A stretch of DNA of 64,000 bases from Eledone cirrhosa (taxonomy: Eukaryota): positions 54,436,001 through 54,500,000 of the forward strand of contig OZ024742.1 in the NCBI GenBank assembly GCA_964016885.1, read 5' to 3'. A program made the position numbers and the translations under genes. The first letter of the stretch is position 1. Each line of letters begins with the position of its first letter. The notes under the pieces were generated by a model. It was not told the origin of the DNA and ran no database searches. It was given only the letters and a program-made list of their open reading frames with translations. Shown piece by piece: positions 23,301 through 36,592 of the stretch.

Positions 23301-24780
23301 TATCTCTGTTCCAGGTATTATTTATCTCAGTATTCAGATCATTGTCTGCTTCGGGTGGTTCCTCCGTTCTCTCGACCTCTTCACCTTCATTTCCCACTGG
23401 CTCGTTTGCCTGGCATACTCCACCCTCCATCTCCAAGCTAATCTCTCTGCTCAGTTCCTCCAGTTCCTGCTCGCTTATCCACCCATTAGTTCTCATTACC
23501 CGAGCCTGCCCGGCCAATTTTTGTTCATCTAATTTAAATAGACCAATCTCGTTCCAGATGTTATTCATCCGTCTCCTATAGCCCCTCTCCTTGGGGTTAC
23601 TTTTCAGGTAACATTGCATAACAGTTCTATTCAATTCTTTCGTCCAGTTGGTTCTGGTCCCTTTCCTTCTTCTTCTTCCTCCGACACCAGCAGTATTTGG
23701 TTGACAGCCAGGTCCCTCCTGCTGAGCCAGGGAGCACCTGTTGGGTGAGAGTCTGTCACATGACGTTCTAGTCTCCATTTCACCGTTATTCGAACTGTTT
23801 AGGTTCGATATTTAAACACTCTTATCGAGGATTGGCGAATGTATGGTTACATAACCATCTGTGGATTCACCGTCTCCGGTGGTTGCGTCGCTCCACTTGG
23901 CTCTTGTGTGGCATTATCACCACGCTGTAGACGAACACAAATAAACAAACAAACAAACAGGCAGAAAAAACCCCCAAAATGAATAAGCATAAGTTTCATT
24001 GTAATGTAGTGTTGAATGTCTGACTTAGTTTTTCCCTTCTCTTCTCTGTCCGTCCGCTTGTTTCTCTCTTTATCCTTATTTTCTTTACGTTTTTTTGTTT
24101 TTGTTTTTCTCTGTTTTTTTTGTTTTGTTGTTGTTGCTGTGCTGCTTTGGTTTTGATTTTTGTTTTTTCTTTTGAGTCTATCTATATATTTTGATGCCTT
24201 CCTCTTTTTTAGTAGGAATTCTATAATGTGGTGGCAGTGCTGTGCTAGCAGCAAATAGCAGGAAGCAATGGGAGAGAATAGCGGCGGTAGCGATACTGAG
24301 GCAGTGGTGGTGGTGATGTGATCGTATAACTGTAGTGATGGTGTTGTAGCGGTGGTAGCAATGAAGGAGTGGTGGCGGCGGTGATGGGATAGTGGTAGTA
24401 ATGATGGATGGGCGGCGGCGGCGGTGACTGTAGTGATGGCGTTGTCGTTACTGATGTCCGTTCGGTGAATCTATGGGGTTAGTCGCGTACATGTGTTGAC
24501 ATAAATTCCCGTAATGTTGGAATTAAACATTTTGTTAAAACTTGGGACAATAATAATAGTATTTATTATTATCATTATTATGTTGAGATTGGTTGTGGTG
24601 GTGGTGAAGTTGCTGTTATCTGGCTGTTGTGTTTAGTGTACACAGAGAGGTGATGGGGTAGGTGGTGTATCTAGTTTCTGGTGTTGGTGAGATTGGTGTT
24701 GTTTGGCTGTTCTATATAGTGTAGACAGAGGAGGGGGGGTTCTTCTTTTTCCATTTATAGCCATTTTCTTTTTTGAATAT
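20327..24780 (-). mobile_element. R4/Dong-clade family B, copy 2, full-length but disrupted
   Basis: ORF pieces 22975-23778, 20894-23107 and 20583-20861 are highly similar to the B1 protein; frameshifts near 22990 and 20935 and a small deletion near 20590. Confidence 0.93.
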
Positions 24781-24795
24781 TATTATTATTATTAT

Positions 24796-24908
24796 CTGAG
24801 TTCAAATCCCGCCGAGGTTGAGTTTGCCTTTCATCCTTACGGGGTCGATAAAATAAAGTACCAGTAATGCACTGGGTAATTGCTGGCCTTGTGCCTAAAG
24901 TAGAAACA

Positions 24909-24957
<49 letters not shown>
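24796..24957 (+). mobile_element. Meta-type SINE, 5'-truncated, with (ATT)n tail
   Basis: B-box GAGTTCAAATCC, Meta-like core, ATT tail. Confidence 0.85.
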
Positions 24958-24958
<1 letters not shown>

Positions 24959-26570
24959 GCCGACGACGTCACCGTGGTGGTGTCGAGCACGAGGCATGTC
25001 CAGCTACTCGGCACCGCTCTCAAGGAATACGAAGCGGTGACAGGAGCAAAGATAAACCAGGAAAAGTCGGTGGGTTTGTAGCTCGACACCTGGAGAGGCA
25101 AGTCCATGCCATCCGACAGCGTCGTGGGGCATTGGACGGACCGGACCGGTTAAATTGCTCGGGGTTTGGTTCGTACCGGACCGCCAGATTGAGAAAAACT
25201 GGAACGAGGTCACGAGCAAGGTGGCCTCCCTCAGCCAGAAATGGGCCGAGAGGAAGCTGTCCCTGAAAGGCCGGGCGGAGGTGGCGAATGCGTACATCGC
25301 ATCCGTCATCTGCTCCGGCCCAACTCTCACCAAAATGGGGCCTCCCCTTCCACTTTTTGTGGAAGGGACGCGCTCCCATGGTCAGACGATCTATCTGCTG
25401 TCAACAACCGTTGCGTGGAGGACTGGACATGCCATAGCTGATATTGTGCATACATGCGCTGAGGCTGCGACATCGCTGTGGCTTCCTTGACGGTGAACTA
25501 GTTTGGTCGCCGTTCGCCAGGCACGTTTTCACACAGTTCGTCTCCTTGACGGAGCTGCAGTCCTGGGTCAGAAAAAGACCGAGGGATAGCGCTTGGAAAC
25601 TGGAATGTCTCCAGGCGCTCACTGCCCTCTGCCAGCTGGGCACCAGTATCGGTGGAACATCCACCTCGGCGTTCTATAGAGGACTAGTGGAGGGAAGAGC
25701 GACGACGTTCTCGGAGATATCCTGGGCGTTGAAGAAGATCAGCTGTTTGCTCTCTTCCGGAGAACTTCAAAAAATCCCTGGCCTGGCAGTGCTACCGGAG
25801 AGCGTTGCCCGTTCGAGATAAGCTCTAAGTGCCGTCAGCCGGGCCTGTCCGAGATGCGCACAGAGCGACGAAACCGTCGTGCACACACTCGTTCAGTGTT
25901 CGAGCATTGCTGACTTGTGGAGCTATGTCGAACAGTTGCTGTCGCGTGTAGGACTGATCCGGTTATCGACTGAGTCCATTGTGCAGATGATCTCGCCGTC
26001 TTCCTTCGATTTTCATCTGCCTGGTGGCCATGGCGAAACATATTGTGTGGTGGACAAGGTTAAAAGGGTTAAAGACAGACACTTTCCTCTTCGGCGAATC
26101 CCTAATTAACTTTTTCAAGTTTCACTTGAAGAGGAAAATCAGTGTGGAGAGCAAGTGCTGCATTCTAGCAAGTTTGTTGAAAGGTGGGTGAATGTAGCGA
26201 GAATGGTCCGAGTGAACGGGACTGCTCTGAATATACGTCTGTAGTTTGAGAAATGGAAAAATTGAGAGAGGGCGCTTGCCCTGGTGGTCAGGGTAGCCGT
26301 GGTCTTTTGTGTGGTTTTCGCCACGAGTAACCCTCCGAGGTTTCCCCCCTATTGGGGAATTTTTCATTGTTTCAATTTTCAATTTTATTGTTTATATATA
26401 TATATATGTTACTATGGCCTTTTTTTCGTTTCTTATATAAATAATAAACATATTTACACGCACAAAACCCACATCGTACGGTCCTGTAGAGTTCTGTGCC
26501 GTCTGTAATGTTTTTCATGATGTCAGCCCTTGTGGCCAATAAAGAAATCATTATTATTATTATTATTATT

Positions 26571-26590
<20 letters not shown>
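24958..26590 (+). mobile_element. L1/Tx1-like LINE, 5'-truncated 3' fragment with (ATT)n tail
   Basis: VKLLGVWF..KNWNEVTSKV..W..RKLSLKGRAEVANAYIAS; zinc finger CPRCAQSDETVVHTLVQC..DLW; ends CCTTGTGGCCAATAAAGAAATC(ATT)n. Confidence 0.8.
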
Positions 26591-26604
<14 letters not shown>

Positions 26605-26939
26605 CACACACACACACACAGAGACACGCGCACCCCCCCCACACACACACATACACACATATATATATATATATATATATATTTGCGTTTTGTGTGTATT
26701 ATATGTATGTATATCTAATCAAAGATTTTGTGTCCGCGTTCGGATTAAGATACTCTCGCTATCTCTTGAGATATTTGAAAGCTTCATCTGTAATACGTAC
26801 TATAGTTTTTTTTTAAATGTAATCAATCTAAGACTGATTGAATTTCTCACCTGATCTTTAATATCGTTTACGATCTCATCAAAACAATACACACTTAAGT
26901 GTAAAGTTTGTAACTTTACCATCAATAGGTCACTGAAAG

Positions 26940-27162
26940 TATACATACATATATACATATATAAATACATAGATATACATAGATACATAGATATACAAAC
27001 ACATACATACATATATAAATACATATATGCATACATAAACACATACATACTTACATATATACAGATATATATATATATACACACATACATATACAAACAT
27101 ACATACATACATATATACATACATACATACATACATATATATACGTACATACACATACATAT
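26940..27162. repeat. (CATA)n/(TA)n degenerate microsatellite
   Basis: Directly visible. Confidence 0.95.
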
Positions 27163-28700
27163 ATGAAACTCTATGCCAAGAATATAAATAGGATGAACAA
27201 AAATGTTGACCTGGTTACAACATTCTCAAAGTATATAGGAATGGAGTTTGGCCAAGAAAATGTTCATATATGATTGTAAAGCGGGGAAAAACTACAACCC
27301 AATGTAACAACATTTTATCAATAGCCTAACTGTTTCACCGATATCTGACGAAGAATGCTACAGATATCAGGGGATAGATGAGAATATATCCTATAATGGT
27401 ATTTGTAATAAAGAACGAGTAACCCGTGAATAAGAAAAATATGGTCATCGGAACTCTCTACGTACAATAAAACAGTGGCTCACAATGTTTGCTGTACCTG
27501 TCCTAACACCAACTTTTGGAATACACGATTAGAAGATTGACGAAATCCGAGCAATTGATGTTAAAATGCGAAAAATCCTAAACAACACCGGAAACTTCAA
27601 CATAAGCAGTGACATAGACCGCCTCTACTTGAAATATAAGCAGGAAGGCAGAGGCCTAACATCTGTCCAGACAGAATTTTAGTGTCGCATCATATCCCTC
27701 CGACAACATTTACGAACCTCCAAACGTATGAACCCATCTACTGGGAAGGTTTGCACGAGACAGATAAGATCATGAGAATTGAGAAGTAAATCCTTGAAAG
27801 ATACTCCCTGCATGATAATCAAAACCTCACACCCAGGGAAATTGCCCAGCAATACCGGAGGAATCCATGGATGAAAAAATGCATGTTTATCAGCAAATGG
27901 TCATGGATAGATATGTTGCCAGGAAGCTCCAGAGTGAGAGTAATATAGATAAACAAAGTAGTCTATCTAGGACCAACAACCGTTATATTGGATCCAACTT
28001 TGATGAATATGCTTTTGCAATCCCAAAACAGGAAATCAACAGAAAATACCGGATTCACAAAAGAGATAGGGATGCAGGCAAAACATCTAGATGTGACAAC
28101 AAATGCAGACTATACAGAATTAACATCGAAGATGTCACCCATGTCATAAGCAGCTGTCTAAAGATGTCATCACGGTACTATCTGCCTATGAGGCATGATG
28201 TAGTAGCCAAATCACTGTACAATGCAATCTGTAGAAAAGATAGCCCCGATAACAAACACATTAAAAGTTACAGCAATGTGGAAGTCATATACATACATAA
28301 TATGAAAGTGTATTGTGGAATGTTCCAGTCAAATCCCCAATAAAATGCAAACATAGCAGACCAGATATAATAATATGGGACAGGGAAAAGAAGGCATGCA
28401 TGCACAGTAGAGGAAGTTAGTTGCCCAGCAGATGTCAATATTGTATTAAAGATCAGCGAAAAGGATAATATCTATGCAGAACTAATAAGAAACCTGCAGA
28501 TACTCCACCCTGACTATACCTTCAGTTTTATACCTGTGATTATTGGGGGACTGGTATATGTTAGTAACTGCCTCAGTACAAATCGTGAGAAGCTAGACTT
28601 CGGAGAAACAGAAATAACACGACTAGTTATGAAATTACAAGTACAATCTATTAATGGAACAGTAACATGATATAAATCATTCCAAAAAATTCTGCATCTA
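27163..28700 (+). mobile_element. Older, decayed R4-like RLE retrotransposon (third family), 5'-truncated
   Basis: MKLYAKN..GMEFGQE, SDIDRLYLKYKQEGRGL, CDNKCRL..EDVTHVISSC, RHDVVAK, RPDIIIWDREKK, EVSCPAD, IPVIIGGL; many stops and frameshifts. Confidence 0.85.
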
Positions 28701-28714
28701 ATAACTGAATGTAA

Positions 28715-28857
28715 AAGTGTGATAAAAAAGGGTATTGTGAAGCTGGCGGAGAACTTCAGCCCTATAGGGGTCAGCGCTCCAAACCACCACAGTGCCACAT
28801 TTGTCAGCGTGTTTGATGACAATGTCATCGCGACGCCGAAGCTTGCGAAGAGCAGAT
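28715..28857 (-). mobile_element. Penelope RT fragment of the same family as 1040-1175
   Basis: LRKLRRRDDIVIKHADKCGTVVVWSADPYRAEVLRQL; nucleotide similarity to 1042-1172. Confidence 0.8.
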
Positions 28858-31601
28858 GTACAGATACAAATGATATGCATATGCACACATATAACTCAGA
28901 ACATGCACATCCACACATACATTAACATCCGTAGATGCACACACATGGGTGCATGCAGACATGCATACATATCTACCTAGTTGATGTTGTTTAAATTCCA
29001 ATGAGAGAGTTTTCTAACAATGCTAGAAACTGACTCTGTCTCTCTATTGGTAAACATTTCTAAAATTATAAAACTAGAAGTACATACATTCCGGTGGATT
29101 GTGCCGTTCGTGTTTGGCATTTTCTGATACGATAATTTCCTAAAAACTTATCTCTATATTTTTGATTGCTTGTTTAACCTTGGATTGTGATTGAATAGAA
29201 TTACAATAAAAGCTGTTCAATGCATGGACGCTGCATTCGTATCAACAAATAAAATTGAGGCAAACGTGATAGTGGACGAGAGTAACTGTGTTTTAATTAT
29301 TGGTTTTCTATTGCTAATATTATCTGTCGGTCTTAATTGTGTCAATAAAAAGGAGTTGACGAGAGATAGCTCGATGGAAACAATGTTTCCCTCTGACATT
29401 CTACTGATACTAACAGTCGGTCACAACTCCTGACAGAATTATCAATGAGAAATAAAATATATTTTCAAGAACATAAACCGCCTTAAATTTTAGGAGTCGA
29501 CACCCCGAACATACAAACGTGATTCCAGCTCCCGTACCACATTGCAACACATCGAAATTTTATGTAATCTCACATACATTAATGTATGTGAGTTAAGGAG
29601 TTATTTACGATTCAAAACACCGATCGGTTCCAATTTGTTTTATTTACAGGTTAGTAGCTTTTGCTATCTAATTTTCTTACACTACCTTACGTTATATTTG
29701 TAATTTCATACACACTAAAACACGGTGTCACCTCGTATGGTCGCAGTCAAGCGATTGAAATCAATAGCGGAATGAAATATGACACAATAGGGAAGTCTTG
29801 AATTTTTGTAGGATCATTCAATAGGAAAATGAAATCAACGAAATATTACGGAACTGTGTCCCGTGAAAACATGATTGTAGCACTAATTTCAGGCATACGT
29901 CTAACGACAGTGTGGTAGGAGTCAAAGTGTGTTCTATAGCTCTTTAATATTCTGTGTTCTCTAGAGCACGAGTGGCAATAGCATATACTTCTTTACAAAT
30001 TGTTCATATGCAAGAAAGTTAACCTCAAACAATATTCCAAGACATATGAATATTAGCTGCAGTAGTCATATCACTTTGCTTTCAATTGAAGAACGGACAT
30101 GTTTTCTGTCTCATTCAGTTACATTTAAACATTTTGTCTTATTTTCTTGTAATTTTGAATCAGTAGGAAATTCGGATGTCACTTTTATATAGATTTCTAA
30201 TGGCGTTTAAATTACCGACTACATACTTTCTAATATCTGTACATGTGTTATGTGTTATGTCTAGTAAATAAACTATCTATTCCCCTCTCCCCCCCCCCCC
30301 CGCTATGTTTCACACGATAGATACGTAAAGAAGCAATTATTGAAGGTGTTATCACTAGAAATAGGAAGGATGAAATTAATCTTCACTTGTTCTTACTTGA
30401 AAAAATGTATCTTCTTTTGGGACGTTTTTGTTGCAAGGCCATATTTAACAATACCTATTTTTTTAAATTCGTACGATGACAAAATATGTTTTGTGTTGCA
30501 TAAAAAAATCAATTTCAATTCATTAATTTCACAAGCGGAAAGCAACTTAATTTAGGGTTACCATAAAACATTTGTTTGCTGCCAAAGGCATGCCATATTC
30601 ACAGATGTCTGGAGTAGTTATTTCGTAATATATATCTTATTTAATTCGTTAAAACCAAAATTTAGACAGGTTTTATAAAATCTATTTGAAATAAATATAC
30701 TGTGAGTTGCTTGCGTATTAACTCCAGTTAAGTTGTATTTCCAACCTTTCAGTAACTTGGTGTATATATACAACCAATACACTTTGGTTAGCTACACAGG
30801 TTCATTTCCCCCAAGCGTATAATATCGGTCATGAGAACAATCCACTATAACAAGAAAAAAGTCACAAAACAGATAAGAGAAATAGTTTTTTGAGTGCAAC
30901 CATTGCACCACCAAATTATACGTTATTAGGAAAGCGGCACTGAAACCTAACATTGAGAACCAAACAACATATTGAAACCTGCAGTATTGTCATCGTTGTA
31001 ATAATCGCTGTTATCCGTTTATATCATATGTTACGGAATCTATTAACTGATATACAAACAGATATTCCGAGCGTTGTATTATAGTTTCCTTGAACATCTC
31101 ATAACCAGAAAAATGTTTAAGATAATATATTCAGCAAACAATTTCGGATTTCGATTTACGTAGCATCCATGGAATATACATTTATGAACATCATTAACTT
31201 AAGATTTACGCTTTTCGTCACAGCAACAATAAATACATAGGGAAGTAACAGATAATAACTTCTATTCATCGTAATAATACAAGAGGATATACAGGACAAA
31301 TAGTTACGATAAAATGTTTCGCATTTTGTACAAAATGAATGACGTTCATCACAGTCTGAGATTACAGAAATGTGAAACCATCGTATTAGTAGCCTGCAGG
31401 TGAAGCATGTTGACGAGCCACATCATATTACCATATACTATTCAATTTTATTCCCTATGACTATGTGCAGATCCACATTGTTTTGGCATGTTTAGTTAAA
31501 ACATACCAGAGCTGTAACATATCAAGTTACTCTCTAAACATTTCAATGTTTCAAAAGCAAGCAATGTAAAATATTGTACATTTACTATGTGACGTATATT
31601 A

Positions 31602-31900
31602 TGGCTTTGTGGTTAAGGTGTTGGGCCCACAATTATAATTTTGTATTTAGATTACCGGATATGGCATGTATTATATCTTTGAGGAAAACATTTTTTTGCA
31701 TTGCTCTATTCCACTCAACTTGAAGAAATCTGTTGTGGCGTCACTAGTGCCACGTTGTACCTGCATCTTCCTTTTCCTTGGACAGCATCCTATCGCAGAG
31801 AGCGGAGATTTGCATGCATCGTCCTTCGCAAAGCGACTTGGCTAGGCTTGTATATTGGGGAGGAAACTGTCAAGGCAACTTTATGGTCAATAATAAGAGA
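31602..31900 (+). mobile_element. Degenerate tRNA-derived (CORE-like) SINE, second family
   Basis: A-box-like TGGCTTTGTGGTTAAGGTGTT and CORE-like TCTTTGAGGAAAACATTT..TTGCTCTATTCCACTCAACT. Confidence 0.45.
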
Positions 31901-32021
31901 ACAGAGCCTATATTGAAAGGAGCAGCATTCGATGATGATATTACATGTAAAAGCAGTTTCTACTTTTGGCACAAGGCTAGCAATTATTCCAGTGCATTAC
32001 AGCTACTTTATTATTATGTAA

Positions 32022-32300
32022 TAATTGTTTCTACGTTAGGTACAAGGCCAGAAATTACCCAGTGCATTACTTTATTTTATCGACCCCATAGGGATGAAAG
32101 GCAAAGTTAACCTTTATGTAATAATTGTTTCTATTTTAGGCACAAGGCCAGCAATTACTTAGTACATTACTGGTACTTTATTTTATCGACCCCGTAAGGA
32201 TGAAAGGCAAAGTTAACCTCGGCGGGATTTGAACTCAGAATGTAAAGAGACGTAACTATGCTAGAAAGCATGGCGTCCAACCCTCTACCGATACTGCCAA
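32022..32300 (-). mobile_element. Meta-type SINE, near full-length (32122-32300) plus an adjacent partial duplicate (32022-32112)
   Basis: Minus strand: A-box TGGCAGTATCGGTAGAG, B-box GAGTTCAAATCC, Meta core. Confidence 0.85.
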
Positions 32301-34379
32301 TTCACAATGTCCAAATGTATACACATATACAATAAATTATATACTGTAGTATCTTTCCAGTTCATTGAATAATTATTTCTAATTACTTATCATTTGTAAT
32401 GATCCCAACATTACATATGTTAACACAACCTCAGCAACAATACTTGTTTAGCAACCAAATATATCAGTGACTCTTTCGATGTTAATCTACAATATTCTCT
32501 GGTGTTAAGACGTTAAGACCTGCGTATTTAATAATAATTTGTCTTACATCTTCTCCCTGTAGGCAATGCTGCCAATAAATGTATCTTATGCATTGATTCG
32601 TGTTTAAAGGTACTTTTTATGTGATTCAACTTTAAACAATTTCAAGGATATTATCACTGGAGAAAAAATAACCACGATAGCTACACCACAGGAAATAAAG
32701 TGTTGAATATCTTTGTTTCCCGAGAAAGATCCTTACGTTATACACAACGCGATTCAAGTATTGTCAGATTAAAATAATTTGATAACTTCCAATTCAGAAT
32801 TATTCCAACAATTTATACAATCTTGGATTACCTCCACTCATATATCTGCATGTTAAAGCATGACGTACGAATAAACAAAAACACCATCATCATCATCATC
32901 ATCATCAATAACAACAATAACCACTTATCTAAAATATATTATATCCGTTCTTGAATCTAATTACTGCAGTAGTTCGTTTTTGTGCCAGCCTATATTTATT
33001 TTCATTTAAGTTGCTTCATTTATTTCATCTGTTACTGTTGGTTAGAGGTTACAATCTATTGACAGCACATCATGTTATTTCTATCGTCGATGTAATTCTG
33101 AAAGGTGTGAGGAAAATGGTTTCTCATTTATAGACATTGTCAATCCATACATTGTTATCTAAACTGTTGGTGGCACTGCTTGTATGTCACTATGTGTTTG
33201 AGGATGATAGTTAGTTTTCTAGTAGAAAACGGTGTTAATGTATTGATTTTTAACTATGCTGTTCAAGGTATTGTAATTGCATCACAATTTAAGTGATATT
33301 CTTAATTGTAATTTTCTGAAACGACTCATTTGGGGATGCCTACAAAATGTTAATTACGACTTTACATTCCGAATTAAAATGGTCTCACCCTATTAAATGA
33401 CTGCACAGTTTTATTTGTTTTACTTTTTCTTTGGTAACAAGCAATTCAAGCAATGATGCTTGAGCTGACGGGTTTTAATTATTGGTTATGATATTTCAGC
33501 TGTTTCGTGTTTGTAATATTCGTAGAATATTTCAATGTTGTTGCTGTCATAATCGATCAAAAATATGATGCAAGCACGGTTACCTCGTTGGTTATCAGAC
33601 GTAGAATATGCAGGAATATATAACCAAATCTGAGAAGCCATTCTATTTCTTAAAATGATGCATTGTTAAGATGAAACTGTTAGTATCTCTAGCGGCCGAC
33701 CGATTCAGTACAAATGCTAATAGTCAGGTATTAACCGCAGTCATTTTTATTGATATGATCGTTGATGTTTATCCCAGCAAAGAGGTCTGGTAAGAATAAC
33801 ACCTATTTGAATTTCAGGAATGTGTTGTAACTACTAGCCGTATTTTGGTAAAAAGTGCAGAGCATTCGTCAGTTATTTCTTCAATCGCTACCCATTCTCT
33901 GACTATTTTAAAATAAAATAACTTGAACATTTCACCCTAACCAGGTAAAAAAAAAAAAATACACTAAATAACACGGATTCCACCCACTGAACAACTATAT
34001 CTCCTAATTACTCTCACATCGACAATCCTCTACAAACTCAAACCTGTATATTTTTTCTACCCTTTCTATGCTATGAATCCGTCAACAATGTATTCTGTTT
34101 AATGTTCCTAGACTATGTCTATATACCCCACTTTCCAAATGCTAAATCACCTCCTTTAACTTTCCTTTAATAAATTGTCTTAAAAATACACATTGTATAT
34201 TTATTACAATTACAGATTCCCTTTTGGGGGCTCCCTCCCAGTTAAAGGGAAGGCACACAAACATTACAAAATGAGTCAATATAGCGTGGATATCCCAATA
34301 ACCATCTGAAAAAGACGGCTAGAGAAACAATCGTACCTAAAATCCACCATAGTTTTTGTAATAATCATCTGTCCTACTA

Positions 34380-34407
34380 TCTCTCTATTTCTATCTCTCT
34401 CTATCTT

Positions 34408-34490
<83 letters not shown>

Positions 34491-34522
34491 CTCTCTCTCT
34501 CTCTGTATATATATATATATAT
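34380..34522. repeat. (CT)n-(TA)n microsatellite
   Basis: Directly visible. Confidence 0.97.
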
Positions 34523-35721
34523 GGCGAGAGAGAGGAGGGAAGTATTAATATAGTCATCAAATAAGCGCTTTTGTAGTCTCCAGGAATCTCTAGGAAGTTA
34601 CGCAATTAATGTTTCCAATTATACATACACAGACACAAACGCGGGCACATTTTCATATATAATCGCACATATGCACACACACAGATTTAAGAGTACATTG
34701 GTGTGTCTCTGTGAGTAAGTGCGCAGTAAAATAAGGCTATATTTAAGTGAGAGATGGGAGGCTTTCAAAAAATGATTACTTTTCATATTATATATTTAGA
34801 TATTTTTAGTTAGTTTATATACAATTTCATATATATCAGTATTGCCTTGTATATATTGGCTTGCATTAGTATGTAAATGATTCTTTGAAGTGCTTGGCAT
34901 TTGGGTTGCTTTGCCATAACAGTGATTAGAATTCAATGTTCCAGTCGTATATAGACTCTACAAAATAAAACATCTTCATCTCAATGTATTTATTACCATG
35001 AAAGTGTTTATAGTTTCGGAACTTCATATAATTGTTGCCAACGAAAGAGAAAATATGAGATATATCTACTGAATATTTTATATTATAGTCTTTCGAACAC
35101 ATTTTTCAGATAATAAAACACAATAGCTTTTTGGGAATATGTCAGTATTTAACATATACATTCTGTATGATGGAATAAAATTATTCGAAAATACAGGAAT
35201 ATATCAGTGACATCTAAAAAATAAATGATAAAGCTAAATATATAATGTAATACTTATTCATTAAAGAAATATATGAATATCATTATGTATAAGATCTGCT
35301 CTATAGTAAAGGACTTATATAATATATTTTAATAACTTATACAATTATAATAACTGTAGCAATTCACGTATCATCTCAGTCAATGTATTGCTTTACCTTT
35401 ACTGTATCAATTCGTCAGTTAACATATTGTTACTTTGCAACTTCCTTTTAGCATTAATAATATATATATACGACTATGACAAATGTTACCTACGTAGTCT
35501 GTCTGATATATTCTAAATATTTCATTTCCAATCATCTAACGAAGTAGAAGATTTGAGATATAAATATATATAACACATGCTATGAATGTTTTATTTCACT
35601 GCTTCCATCATATTGCAACACAATTTTCAGGAAATGTTAGTCCAATATACTGTTTAAAGCATGTGAATACGAGTGGTTTACCATAATATTACGATACATA
35701 ATCATATTGTATAGGCTATTG

Positions 35722-35727
<6 letters not shown>

Positions 35728-35809
<82 letters not shown>
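35728..35809. repeat. (TA)n microsatellite
   Basis: Directly visible. Confidence 0.97.
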
Positions 35810-35812
<3 letters not shown>

Positions 35813-36079
35813 TTGTAGTCTGCTTGAATCATTATTGAATACGAAATATAAATTTAAATCCGTTTAAAAGTCATAAAATGCATTGAAAAATTGAAGGGTT
35901 TCAAAACCTGAAAATATTTGGGATAATTAAATTTGTTACGGTAAAATTCACTCGCTATCTTGACACCTTTAATTTTCAATGCATTGTTTGGCTTTTAAAC
36001 CTATATATATATGAAAAAGAATGTTCATACCTAAACGAAACTTCCTCGTTTTTTCTATTATATATATATATATATATAA

Positions 36080-36162
<83 letters not shown>

Positions 36163-36164
<2 letters not shown>

Positions 36165-36301
36165 CGAAGGAAATGTGGTAAGGAACCAGGTGGACCATAA
36201 CGCACCAAAGTACTCAATACTTAGGGTAGTAGAGTGGGTAATAGGAACGAGTAGGACCCCGACGGCTGAGCTCAAGCCGTTTCGACGGCTAATTCTGGAC
36301 T
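36163..36301 (-). mobile_element. Family H2 3'-terminal fragment with the 3' half of the hammerhead
   Basis: Matches 58362-58500; minus strand TAGCCGTC GAAA CGGCT TGAGCTC AGCCG TC GGGGT; truncated before the CUGA core. Confidence 0.8.
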
Positions 36302-36339
36302 CATCTTGTTTTTGTGTGTGTTGTGACAACACACAAAAA

Positions 36340-36592
36340 CAAGATGGCGTAGGACAGAACAAAGGAGAGGCACAAAAACAAAGAAAATAATCCCCAGTCA
36401 CTGAAGAGGTCACATAATGTGTGACGAAAGAATTTTGACAATATATAAACAATCATCTGGTTGTGGAAACAACCAACCAGCCGGAAATTTATAAATTCCT
36501 AAATTTATAAATTTAATTTATAATAAATTGAAGTGAAACAACTGGTGCGTGTGTTTCTTATTGGCAACTTGACCCTCCCAAAGTATAACAAT
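36340..36592 (+). mobile_element. Family H1 non-coding repeat (PLE terminal-repeat-like)
   Basis: Near-identical to 51295-51545; ends at (TA)n. Confidence 0.8.
36397..36439 (+). ncRNA. Minimal type I hammerhead ribozyme motif (PLE-type)
   Basis: GTCA CTGAAGA G GTCACA TAATG TGTGAC GAAA GAATTT TGAC: stem I GTCA/TGAC, intact CUGANGA and GAAA, minimal stem III. Confidence 0.6.

Noticed and set aside
16048-23581. Plus-strand ORFs antisense to the R4 ORFs
   Set aside because: Shadow frames of the RT coding strand with no independent motifs.
15761-24957. Two SINE copies flanking B1-B2 as a possible giant TSD or composite transposon
   Set aside because: Their truncation points and some bases differ; independent insertion into the same TAA-rich tract is simpler.
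29217-29399. 60-aa minus-strand ORF with ATG in unique sequence
   Set aside because: No domain, no clear splice context; the length is compatible with chance.
33580-33640. Possible short minus-strand exon (CTCAG ... GAG|GTAAC)
   Set aside because: Weak polypyrimidine tract, unrecognisable peptide and no partner exons found.
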